A DNA stretch of 64,000 nucleotides, from the NCBI RefSeq assembly GCF_009914755.1, contig NC_060933.1; one strand, given 5' to 3'. Numbering within the stretch: the stretch's first letter is position 1; each line of letters opens with the position of its first letter. This DNA comes from the human T2T-CHM13v2.0 reference genome, Homo sapiens. A program made the translations under genes and the position numbers. This document shows positions 12,682 to 25,030 of this stretch, one piece after another. The notes beneath the pieces are model-generated. The model saw only the letters and a program-made list of their open reading frames with translations. It searched no databases and was not told where the DNA came from.

Positions 12682-13035
12682 TGTAATAGTTACTTTTTCC
12701 TGCATAAAAAACACCTCAGAACTTAACGGCTTACAGTCATTTATTTAGCTTACAATTCTGCAAGTTGGCAATTTGGGCTAGGTTTAGCTGGAAGTGTCTT
12801 GTAGGCTTAGCTGAAATGGCTCATCTGTACTCAAGTGGGCCTGTACAGACCAATTCACAGAGTAACCACAGAGATCTGAAAAAGAAAGGGGAAGACCTCC
12901 AATGATCTAAGCTCAAAACTCGCACATCAACACTACTACCATATACCTTGTCCAACGCAAGTGACGATGCCAGTCCGAATTCAAAGGATAGGGAGGCAGA
13001 CTCCACCTTTTTATGGAAGGAGATACAATGTCATA
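12682..13035 (-). mobile_element. Old MLT1 (MaLR) LTR
   Basis: CATTTATTTAGCTTACAATTCTGCAAGTTGGCAATTTGGGCTAGG and GCCAGTCCGAATTCAAAGG...GCAGACTCCACC motifs. Confidence 0.7.
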
Positions 13036-13414
13036 TTTTAAAGCTTTTGGACCTGGGACTAGAGGACGTTTTTTAAGCTGTTAAATAAAAACTGATTGAA
13101 ACAAACAATAGGACATGCAAGTTCACATGACAGCCCTCTCCCCAGGAGTGTCTATGCTATACAATAAACAGTGAAGATTCTGAAAGACATTTCAGGACAG
13201 TATCTGGCAAAAAGAAGGCATTCAAACCTATTTGTCAAATAAATAAATGATTTGATAAAATGAATTTTCGTGGCAACTAAAAAATGGTTAACTCCTAGCA
13301 TATTCTGAAAAACTATCACATCCTCCAGATGCCTATCATTAACTTAAACAAAATATATTAATTTTTCTAAGTTACAAGAGTTTAGAAATATAGTTTTTCA
13401 AAAGGCAAATGATA

Positions 13415-13545
13415 CATAATAAGTCCTCACTTAACATCATAGATAGGATCTTGAAACTGTGACTTTAAGCAGAATGATGTGTAACAAAATCAATACTTTT
13501 CTCATCAATGTTATCACAAAATAATGTTAATTGAGGGCAGCAGTA
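13415..13545 (-). mobile_element. MER6-type TcMar-Tigger MITE
   Basis: AAGTCCTCACTTAACATCATAGATAGG..CTTGAAACTGTGACTTTAAG and TTCTCATCAATGTTAT match the MER6 ends. Confidence 0.6.
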
Positions 13546-13705
13546 GCTTATTTCACTTATAGTCTTGGTTTCTAAAGTCCTATTTTGACATTGAGTGAAG
13601 ATTTACTGTACCAAAATGAATAGAGCATCTTGCATTTGCTAAAGAGAAATGGAATTACAGTAGCCTCAGACCCTCTTGAGTACAAGCCCATCAAAAGATA
13701 AATCA

Positions 13706-14003
13706 GGCTGAGCACAGTGGCTACACCTGCAATCCCAGCATTTTGGAAGGCCAAGGCAAGAGGACTGATTGAGCCCAGGAGTTTGCGACCAGCCTGGGCA
13801 ACATAATGAGTCTCCATCTCTACAAAAAATTTCTTTAAAAAATTAGCCAGGCATGCTGATGTGCACCTGTAGTCCCTACTCAAAAGGCTGAGGTGAGAGG
13901 ATTGCAAAGCTTCACTGAGCTATGACCACGCCACTGCACTCCAGCCTAGACAACAGAGCAAGACCCTGTCTCAAAAATAAATAAATAAAATAGAAATAGA
14001 AAT
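13706..14003 (+). mobile_element. AluJ; its A-tail continues at 16300-16316 after the THE1 insertion
   Basis: Dimeric Alu with J-type GAGCCCAGGAGTT. TSD AAAGATAAATCA (13694-13705) / AAAGATAAGTCA (16317-16328). Confidence 0.92.
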
Positions 14004-16299
14004 TGGTGTAGTTCGCCTGTGTCTCCACCCAGATTTCATCTTGAATTCCCATGTGTTGGGGAAGGGACCTGGTTAGGGGTAATTGAATCATGGGGGCGGT
14101 TCTTTCCCACGCTGTTCTCATGATAGTGAATAAGTCTCACAAGATATGATGGTTTTAGAAAGATACATGCTTCTGCACAGCTCTCACTCTTTTCTCCTGC
14201 CGCCATCCATGTAAGATATGACTTTCTCCTCCTTGCCTTCTGACATGACTGTGAGGCTTCCCCAGATACATGGAACTGTAAGTCCAATTAAACCTCTTTC
14301 TTTTGTAAATTGCTCAGTCTGGGGTATGTCTTTATCAGCAGTGTGAAAACAGACTAATACACTAAATTGGTACAAATAGAGTGGTGCATTGCTGAAAAGA
14401 TACCCAAAAATGTGAAAGCAATTTTGGAACTAGCTAACAGGCAGAGATTGGAAGTTTGGAAGGCTCAGAAGACAGGAAAATGTGGGAAAGTTTGGAACTC
14501 CCTAGAGACTTGTTTAATGGCTTTGAGCAAAATGCTGATAATGATATGGACAATGAAATCCAGGCTGAGGTGGTCTCAGATGGAGATGAGGAACTTGTTG
14601 GGAACTGGAGCAAAGATGACTCTTGTTATGTTTTAGCAAAGAGACTGGCAGCATTTTGCCCCTACCGTAGAGATCTGTGGAACTTTGAACTTGAGAGGGA
14701 TGATTTACAGTACCTAGTGGAAGAAATTTCTAAGCAGCAAAGCACTCAAGACTTGACTTGGGTGCTGTTAAAGGCATTCAGTTTTATAAGAGAAGCACAG
14801 CATAAAAGTTTGGAAAATTTGCAACCTGACAATGTGAGAGAAAGAAAATCCCATTTTCTGAGAAGAAATTCAAGCCGGCTGCAGAAACTTGCATAAGTAA
14901 GGAGGAGCCAAATGTTAATCACCAAGACAATGGGGAAAATGTCTCCAGGGCATGTCACAGGTCTTTACAGCAGCCCCTCCTATCACAGGCCCAGGGGCAT
15001 AGGAGGAAAAAGTGGTTTCACGGGCTGGGCTCAGAGTCCCCATCCTGTGTGCAGCCTAGGCACTTGGTGCCCTGTGTCTCAGCCTGCTCCAGCCATGGCT
15101 GAAAGGGGCCAATGTAGAGCTCGGGTCATGGCTTCAGAGGGTGCAAGCCCAAAGCCTTGGCAGCTTTCATGTGGTGTTGAGCCTGTGAGTGCACAGAAAT
15201 CAAGAACTGGGGTTTAGAAACCTCTACCTAGATTTTGGAATATGTATGGAAATGCCTGGATGCCCAAGCAGAAGTTTGCTGCAGGGGAGGGGCCCTCATG
15301 GAGAACTTCTTCTAGGGCAGTGCAGAAGGGAAATGTGGGGTTGGAATCCCCCCCCACAGAGTTCCTACTGGGGTGCCACTCCGTGGATCTGTAAAAAGAG
15401 GGCTACCATCCTCCAGACCCCAGAATGGTAGATCTTCTGACAGCTTGCATCATGTGCCCAGAAAAACCATAGACACACAACACCAGCCCGTGAAGGCAGC
15501 CAGAAAGAAGGCTTTACTCTGCAAAGCCACAGCGGTGGAGCTTTCCACGACCATGGAAACCTACCTCCTACATCAGCGTGACCTGGATATGAGACATGGA
15601 GTCAAAGGAGATCATTCTGGAACTTTAAGATGTGACTGCCCCACTGAATTTTGGACTTGCTTGGGGCCGATAGTCCCTTTGTTTTAGCCAATTTCTTCCA
15701 TTTGGAATGGCTGCATTTACCAAATGCCTGTACCCCCAATGTGTCTAATAAGTAACTAACTTACTTTTGATTTACAGACTCATAGGCGGAAGGGACTTGC
15801 TTTGTCTCAGATGAGACTTTGGACTGTGGACTTTTGAGTTAATGCTGAAATGAGTTAAGACTTTGGGGGACTGTTGGGAAGGCATGATTGGTTTTGAAAT
15901 GTGAGGACATGAGATTTGGGAGGGGCCAGGGGCACAATGATATGGTTTGGCTGTGTCCCCACCCAAATCTCATCTTGAATTCCCATGTATTGTAGGAGGG
16001 ACCTGGTGGGTGGGTAATTGAAACATGGGGGTGGGTCTTTCCCATGCTGTTCTTGTGATAGTGAATAAGTCTCACAAGATCTGATGGTTCTAAAAAGAGG
16101 CATTCCCCTGCACAAGCTCGCTCTCTCTCTTTTTCCCTACTGCCATCCATGTAAGATGTTACTTGTTCCTCCTTGTCTTCCACCATGATTGTGAGGCTTC
16201 TCCAGTCACATGGAGCTGTAAGTCCAATTAAACCTTTCTTTTGTAAATTGTTCAGTCTTGGGTACATCTTTATCAGCAGCATGAAAATGTACTAATACA
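14004..16299 (+). mobile_element. Full-length THE1 (A/B-type) MaLR provirus: 5' LTR 14004-14361, internal 14362-15937, 3' LTR 15938-16299
   Basis: Two homologous LTRs ending ACTAATACA. The internal region starts ..AAATTGGTAC and ends in the PPT GGGAGGGGCCAGGGGC. TSD GAAAT/GAAAC. Confidence 0.96.
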
Positions 16300-16872
16300 G
16301 AAACAAATAAAAAATTAAAGATAAGTCAGAGGTAATTCTCAGAAGACAGTGGCCTAAATACTTTGCTTCTTTCCTTAGCCAATGTACAGCTGAGGTGACT
16401 TAAGCAGTGGGAGGTCTGTAGGGCAACTGGGGAGGAGGTGGGAGGAAGTGCAGGATACTTTTTAAGCCTGAAGGAAACCCTGCAAAAATCTAAGGAGCTG
16501 CTCCCAATCACAATGACATAAGACTTATAGGAGGCTCCACAACACAATGTGAACCAGACTGTGAGCCTCCTCTGGAAAAGCATGGGGCAGAGTATTTCAA
16601 TTTTGAGGCTATTTAAGGGTTTCAAAAGATTGGTAACAGGATCCACTCAGTTCATAGAAGAAACTATCCCAGCCCTCTTTTTCCTCAGTCCTAGAAAGAG
16701 ACTACTGAAACAATTCTGGCTATTTAGAAAATTAACTGCTTTCTTTGTTCCCACTGCTTGCCAATATAGCACTGCCCAAGATGCTGAGTATAATAACCTC
16801 AACTTACATAGACTGATATAGAAAAATAAAACACAAATTACTTAGGAGGCTTGGTTATTTCAAGGAAGCAGA

Positions 16873-17052
16873 CTGTCTTAGTCCATTTTGTGCTGCCACA
16901 ACAGAATACCTGAGACTAGGTAATTTATAAAGAACAGAGATTTATTTCTTACAGTTCTGGAGTCTGGGAAGTCCAAAATCAAGGGGTGCATATCTGGTGA
17001 GGGCCTTCATGCTGTATCATCCCATGGTGGAAGCTGAAAGGGCAAGAGAGAT
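16873..17052 (-). mobile_element. MST-type MaLR LTR fragment
   Basis: TGTCTTAGTCCATTTTGTGCTGC..ACAGAATACCTGAGACTAGGTAATTTATAAAGAACAGAGATTTATTTCTTACAGTTCTGGAG. Confidence 0.85.
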
Positions 17053-17865
17053 CCAAAGAAAAAGATATGAAAGAAAATCAGGTAGGCATCAAATTTCTCA
17101 TTTACTACACAAAAATAAAAGAAGACAGTGGACTATTTCAAACATTTTATTATTTTGTGAATAAGGAAACAAGAGACACTCTCAGACATACAAGGACTCA
17201 GAAAGTATACAATGCAGAAATCCTTCCCAAGGAAAATCTTAAAAATCTAGTAAAAAATAAATTAATAAAAATAAAATCAGGCCAAATGTCAATATAGGAG
17301 AAAAGTATACCCCAAAATTGGAATAATTGACATTTCCATTTATTCTGCCTTCTTAGGTAATTTCCCTATTGCCCAGGAGTTCCAGGTGGGACCCATGAAT
17401 TAAGTTTAAAGCAGTTGTGGATACATACATTCTTCTAGTTATGGGAATTAATTCAGAGATAGGAGCTTGACCAAGTCAAAATTGCTAAGATATGACAAGA
17501 CTCTCCCATTGTCCCTGTGTCTGACTAACAGTAACAACATCGGGAGTTCTTCAGCCACTTTACAATCAGAAGCAAGATATGATGAAAATGCTAACATTTT
17601 GCTGAAGAACATAAAACAAGACAACTTTTTGGGGCAATGTGTCACATGTGAACCCATCTTCCAGGAAAATTCAATATTATAAAAATATTAATTCACCCTA
17701 AAGTAATTCATACATGTAATTACAATCCTAAATAAATTTCTGTGGAACCTAACACTTTTTATTGAAGTCAACAAGCTGTTTTTTTATAGAACTTAAAACG
17801 ATAATTCTAAAATTCATCTGTAGAAAAAACATGCTGGAGGATAATTTTTTTAAAAAAAAGAACAA

Positions 17866-18262
17866 TGTATTAGTCTGTTCTCGCACTGCTATGAAGAAAT
17901 ACCCAAGACTGGGTAATTTATAAAGGAAAGAGTTTTGTTGATTCACAGTTTTTCATTGCTGGGGTGGCCTCAGGAAACTTACGATCACGGTAGAAGGCAA
18001 AGGAGAAGCAGGCACCTTCTCCACAGGGCGGCAGGACAGAGTGAGTGCAAGGAGGGGAAATGCCAGATGCTTATAAAACCACCGGATCTCCTGAGACTCA
18101 CTCATTACCACAAGAACAGCATGGGGGAAACAGCCTCCATGATCCAATTACCTCCACCTGGTCCTTCCCCGGGGATTATGGGGATGCGTGTGGGCCTTAT
18201 GTGGATTATGGGGATTATAATTCAGATGAGATTTTGGGTGGGGACACAGCCAAACCATATCA
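17866..18262 (-). mobile_element. THE1D-like solo LTR
   Basis: TGTATTAGTC...AAACCATATCA with a perfect TSD AACAA (17861-17865, 18263-18267). Confidence 0.93.
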
Positions 18263-19376
18263 AACAATGAGAGGCATATGCCCTTCCAGACAACAAATAT
18301 ATCTTAAAGTTATAGTAAATAAAGAAAAGTGGCACAATGAGATCAATAAAACTCAGTAGAATCCAAAAACAGACCCATCTGTGTATATATATTATGGTAA
18401 ATATGATGTATCAATTCACTAGAGGAGAGTTTAGATTTGTTGCTGTTGTTGTTTTGTTTGGGGAGTTTGGGGGACTTTTGTTGTGGTTAGCATACATTAA
18501 GAAGAGTTTACAATATGCCAGACACTATTCTAAGTGTTTTTCATGTAATAATTCATTTTATCAGTCCCACAATCCTATGAGGTAGATAAAAATGTTATTC
18601 ATGTTTTTGATAATAAAACTGAGGCACAGAAGAGGCTAGTTACTCTGAACTACCAGCAAACGGTAGAGTTGGAAAATGGACCCAAGAATTTTGATTCCAT
18701 TATATCATGTAGGAAAAGACACGTTTGATTCCTACCTACATTATACTAAATAAGAAAGCTCAGATTCCTGGCTAAAACTAAAGCCAAACTATAAAGTATT
18801 TGAACAAAATATGGGAGAAAATTCTTATAAGATTGGATTAAGGAAAAGTTTCATTGTAAAACACAAAACCCAGAATCTAAAAGGAAAAAATGTTTTCAAG
18901 TGATTCTATAATAAAAGATTTTACAAGAAAAAGACATTATAGTAAGCTAAAAGGCAAACTGCAGAGTGAGAGAAAATGTTTTTAACTCATATGATTGCAA
19001 CAAAGAATTAATATCCATACTATATAAACACTCCAAACAAATCAGCAAGGGAAGAATAAAGATAAACAATTCATAGAACAAGAATTCCTAACAGCCCATA
19101 AACAAATGGAAGGGTCCTCAACATCAGTAGTAATCAGGGAAATGTAAAATAAACCAACAGTTGGGTAGCAAGTGCTTAACTGAAGAGTGAGCGACTCTGG
19201 GTTGGCAAGGGTAAGAGGAAATGACTACTTTCATACACCATTTGTGGCCATGGAAATTGGAAAAGCACATTTTGGAGTCTGGTCATATCCACCAAAAGGT
19301 TAAAGTTAAACCTTAGACTCAGCAGTTCTACTTGTTATGGTAAGAGATTAACTTGTATGTATAAGGAAAGACAATG

Positions 19377-19378
<2 letters not shown>

Positions 19379-19419
<41 letters not shown>
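19379..19419. repeat. (AC)n microsatellite, ~20 units
   Basis: Seen directly. Confidence 0.98.
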
Positions 19420-19420
<1 letters not shown>

Positions 19421-20015
19421 GAAACTAAAATTACAAGTATGAATGTAAAGTGAACAGTTCTCTAATAAATGCACTAATATTTTAGCAGTAGTTCCTGCTA
19501 GTAAGGGAAGATTGTGGAGGAAGGGAAAGGAAATTGTAATGTTCACTCTATATGCTCATATTATTTAATACTTAAATGTTTCATAATATATAAGTGTTTA
19601 TGCATGACTTGTGTTATTTAATTTTTTGAAGAATAAATCTTGGTTGTTTAACAAAATGTCAAAACTAAGTTCTCCTGTGTGCAAATAAAACGTATTTCAC
19701 AGTTTTGCCATTTGCTGTCTCAGTTTGCCTTCTCTGAGACTATTTGCATAAATCCAGACAGAGAATTAATGTAACTTTTTGAAATGTATTTACAGTGGTC
19801 CACTTAGGCCATGTACTGTTGAGTAAAGTCAAATCTGGTCCAGCTTGTGAATAGTCAAAGGTTTTCTCCACCCCTTTTCTCCAAAACCCTCACTATATTT
19901 CTGGTATCTCTAGCACTGTCTCTTTAGTTGCTAAGGCCTAGCCATGAGTGCCAGGTCAGCTCCTAGCAACAAGGCCCATTGATAGCGCCAGGCCAGTTCC
20001 TGGCTGCCAGGGGCC

Positions 20016-20019
<4 letters not shown>

Positions 20020-20080
<61 letters not shown>

Positions 20081-20122
20081 CTCTCCCTTTCTCCCTTTCT
20101 CTCTCTCTCTCCCCCTCTTCTC
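20020..20122. repeat. (CT)n / polypyrimidine tract
   Basis: About 100 nt of near-pure C/T, seen directly. Confidence 0.97.
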
Positions 20123-20562
20123 AGGGAGGACAGTCAGCTGGCATGCACCTTCTGCCCTCTGTCTTCTGCTTCTTCCTGAGGTAATGCAGGAAGTGGAGAA
20201 ATATCTTGAGATCTTCAGGGAAAATGCAAGAGGACAAAATCCATATCCTACGAGTATCTAAGGAACACACAGAAGACCCTGGGTCCCTGACAGAATCATG
20301 AAGATACTATACTAGCCTGCTTACCTCTGGCCTTCACATAGTGTAAAATAACAATAATAACTCTCTATGTGTTTCCTCCACAGATAAACTTGTTTTTCTG
20401 TGATTTACAAACACTCTCCTCACTTGTATAGAATACTCAGTGACAATTCAGGGAAACAAGGTGGATTTGGACCAGGTAGTAAGGTGTAAAGAGAAGACAG
20501 TGGCAGCTCCTCATGTTCCACAAGGCTGACTGTCCTGTAACTTCTGTGGCAGGAGCAGTTGA

Positions 20563-21522
<960 letters not shown>

Positions 21523-22324
21523 CAGATATGCTACAGAATTGCCTTTCCTTGACAATTAGAATTTCAAGAAACCATGAACAAAAGGAGTTGTTCCGAGGAG
21601 CAGACTAACATTTATGTAATAATAATTAGATGCTGGGTGCTTTTGTATATGGCACTTCCTTTAATTCTCAAAAAATTCATGTTGGATTGGTATGACAAGT
21701 GAGAAACAAGGAAGAGATGGAGTAAATGACCAGTCTCTGACTCTGAATCCTTACTCTTTTCCTGGCCTAATCCTTCTTCTAGCTCAGAGACCTCCATCCT
21801 AACCTCATTCTTCTAGCACGGTAAAGTGGTTACAGAGCTCCCTGCCAATGCAGGATTCTGAGAAGTCACAAGAAATGTTAAGGTTCTAATTAGAAATGCT
21901 AGGATCACAGAGAACATGTTAAAACTTCCAAAGCTCAAAACTGTGCCACCTTTGAGAAGTTCTTCAAAGAATTGACCAGGCATGGAGCTTTTATGATAGG
22001 GTTATGTCCCTAGAGGACACTTTTCTACCTTCTAGGTTTTCACAGTCACCAAGTTAACTATCATATGTTAGGGGCTCCACGAGGGCAAAAGCTTGTCAGC
22101 ATTTTATTACATGAAAAAATGATCCATATCTATCTGTAATCTCCTGTTTATATTAAGATATTTTAAGTCTCTGGTTTTGTAGGCCACGGGTCCATTAGAA
22201 CATGTTTTCTGTTAAGCATACCTACAAAATAATTCTTCATTTCAAACACAGGTCACTTTAATCTACCAAAAAAAAAAAAGATTTAGCAGAATTTGCAGTT
22301 TTCAACTCAAAAAGAAATCTACAG

Positions 22325-22630
22325 GGTTCAGGTTCAGTGGCTCACACCTGTAATCCCAGCACTTTGGTTGGCCAAGGCAGGAGGATTGCTTGAGCCCAAG
22401 AGTTCGATCGAGATCAGCCAGGGAAACATAGTAAGACTCTATCTCTACAATAGTAATAATAATAATTATTATTATTATTATTAGCTGGGCGTGGTGGCAC
22501 ATACCTGTAGTCCCAGCTACTCAGGAGGTTTATTTAGGAGGATCACTTGATCCTGGGAGTTTGAAGCTACTATGAGCATTGATCACACCATCGCACTGCA
22601 ACCTGGAGGGCAGAGTCTCAAAAAAAAGAA
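22325..22630 (+). mobile_element. AluJ with an expanded (TAA)n(TTA)n linker
   Basis: GGAGGATTGCTTGAGCCCAAGAGTTC is J-type; divergent right arm. Confidence 0.9.
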
Positions 22631-23027
22631 AGATTTATAAATTTGCTTTGTTAAAAAAAGAAAGCTTTTAAAAACATTGCATGACAAATGGAAGTAACCT
22701 AAATATCCAATATAAGGAAATGATTAAGTTAATTATACCTACTCATTTATAATAAATTATATTAATAATTACAAGATATGTTATAATATTTCTAAAGGAC
22801 CATATAAAATTGTATGTACATAATGACAATTACATAAAATCTTTTTGCATTTGAACAAAATAATGGGAAAAGATAATATAAAAACAACAATAGTGTGGTT
22901 AAATGTGATTTTAAATAACATTTTTGTTTTTCCAAGCTTTCTCTGTTGACTATTTCTCTGTATGACTATATATACATATATAACTGTATATGTTTTATAA
23001 ATTTAAAATGATCATTTTTAAACAAAA

Positions 23028-24030
23028 GAGCTGAACAAACACCTCACCAATGAAGGCATACAAATGCAAACAAGCGTATGAAAAGATGCTCAACATGATA
23101 TTAGAAAATTACAAATTAAAATAGCAATGAGATACTACTACACACCTATGTAAATGGTGAAAAGCCAGAACACTGAAACCACCAAATGCTGGCAAGGATG
23201 TTGAGCAACAGAAACTCTGATTTACTGCTGCTGGGAATGCAAAATGCTGTAGCCACTTTGATGAAAGATTGTTTGGTGGTTTCTTGTTAAAACTAGGCAT
23301 GCTCTTACTATGTGATCCAGTAATCACACATTCCTTGGTATTTACATAAATAAATTGAAAATGTATGTCCATTCAAAATCTGCACACGAATATTTATGGC
23401 AGCTTTATTCATAAGTGCCAAAACTTGAAAGCAACCAAGATGTCCTTCAGTAGGTGGATAAACAAACTGTGGACATCCAGACATTGGAATACTATCATTT
23501 GGTGCCAAAAAAAAAAATGAGTTATCAGCCCATGAAAAGATATGAAGGAAAAGTCAATGCATACTACTGAGTATAAGAAACTAATCTGAAAGGGCTCTAT
23601 ACTGTATGATTGTAAATATATGACATTCTGGAAAAGGCAAAACTATGGAGACAGTAAAAATATCAGTGGTTACCAGGGATTGTGGCGGGGAAGGGATAAC
23701 TAGGTGGAGCACAGAGGATTTTTAGGGCAGTGGAACTACTCTGTATGCTACTACAGTGGTGTATACATGTCATTATAGACTTGTCAAAACCCATAGAATA
23801 TACAACACAAAGTATGAACTTTAAAGTAAACTATGAACAATAGTTAATAATAATACATCAACATTAGTTCATTAACTGTAAAAAAAACTTACCACATGAA
23901 TGCAAGATATTATTAATAGAGAAAACTGTTGTGGAAGTGGGAGGGTGCATATGGGAACTCTCTGTACTTTCTGCTCAATTTTTCTATAAACCTAAAACTG
24001 CTCTAAAAAAATAAGTCTATTAAAAATTAT
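23028..24030 (+). mobile_element. L1MC/MB 3' end (ORF2 end and 3' UTR)
   Basis: GAAAAGATGCTCAACAT, ATATGACATTCTGGAAAAGGCAAAACTATGGAGACAGTAAAA and CTCTCTGTACTTTCTGCTCAATTTTTCTATAAACCTAAAACTGCTCTAAAA. Confidence 0.92.
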
Positions 24031-24687
24031 CAGTCATTTTGATGTGATTTACAAGATCATTTTAGTATACATTTGAGATTAGCTTTTTACTTAGTTTGCT
24101 TAATATTTTGGTTTTAGGGTATTTCTTTTCATTTGTAAAATGCCTACAAATTTCCTACATAAATTATAAAGCAAAATTATAAAGGACAATAATTTTTTAG
24201 GCTTATCTATATCTTAGAATATTTTATAGAGGGACTTCTGTTTAAATAAATTTCAAATGGCCCATGATTTTTAACGATTTTTACTGTCTTTGCAACAGAA
24301 TTTACTCAAGGTTTGCCATTTGTTGAAACGTATAGGAAATTGAAATGGCAGATTTTACTTAAATCTATATTTATTGAATCTTTAAATGAATGACTAATCC
24401 ACCTGTAAGTATAGTGATGGCTTTATAAAGTCTGCTTTTTAAACTGTGCTTTTCAAAAATAATTCTCCTTTTCCTCCCTAGAGCTGAATTCATCTTAATC
24501 ATGTGTAACTACATCCTCCACATTTTTCTTAAGTCCAGGATGCTTGCACAGACATCGAGTTGGTCCCCACTCATCACAGTCCACAGGGATCAAAACCTGT
24601 TTCCTTTTCCTTAGGCGTTTTAATGTTTCCATTTTCTGTTCTTTTGTCACTGTCAAGTTCATTAGTCCTTTAGAAAAAACAATTCTT

Positions 24688-25030
<343 letters not shown>

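Larger units (their letters stand above)
17680..19630 (+). mobile_element. Ancient L1M ORF2/3' region, interrupted by THE1, a MIR (~18490-18700, minus) and a (CA)n
   Basis: ATAATTCTAAAATTCATCTG and CCTCAACATCAGTAGTAATCAGGGAAATGTAAA are L1 ORF2 motifs. Confidence 0.7.

Noticed and set aside
14367-15687. Cluster of 80-146 aa ORFs
   Set aside because: Frameshifted remnants of the THE1 internal ORF, not a host gene.
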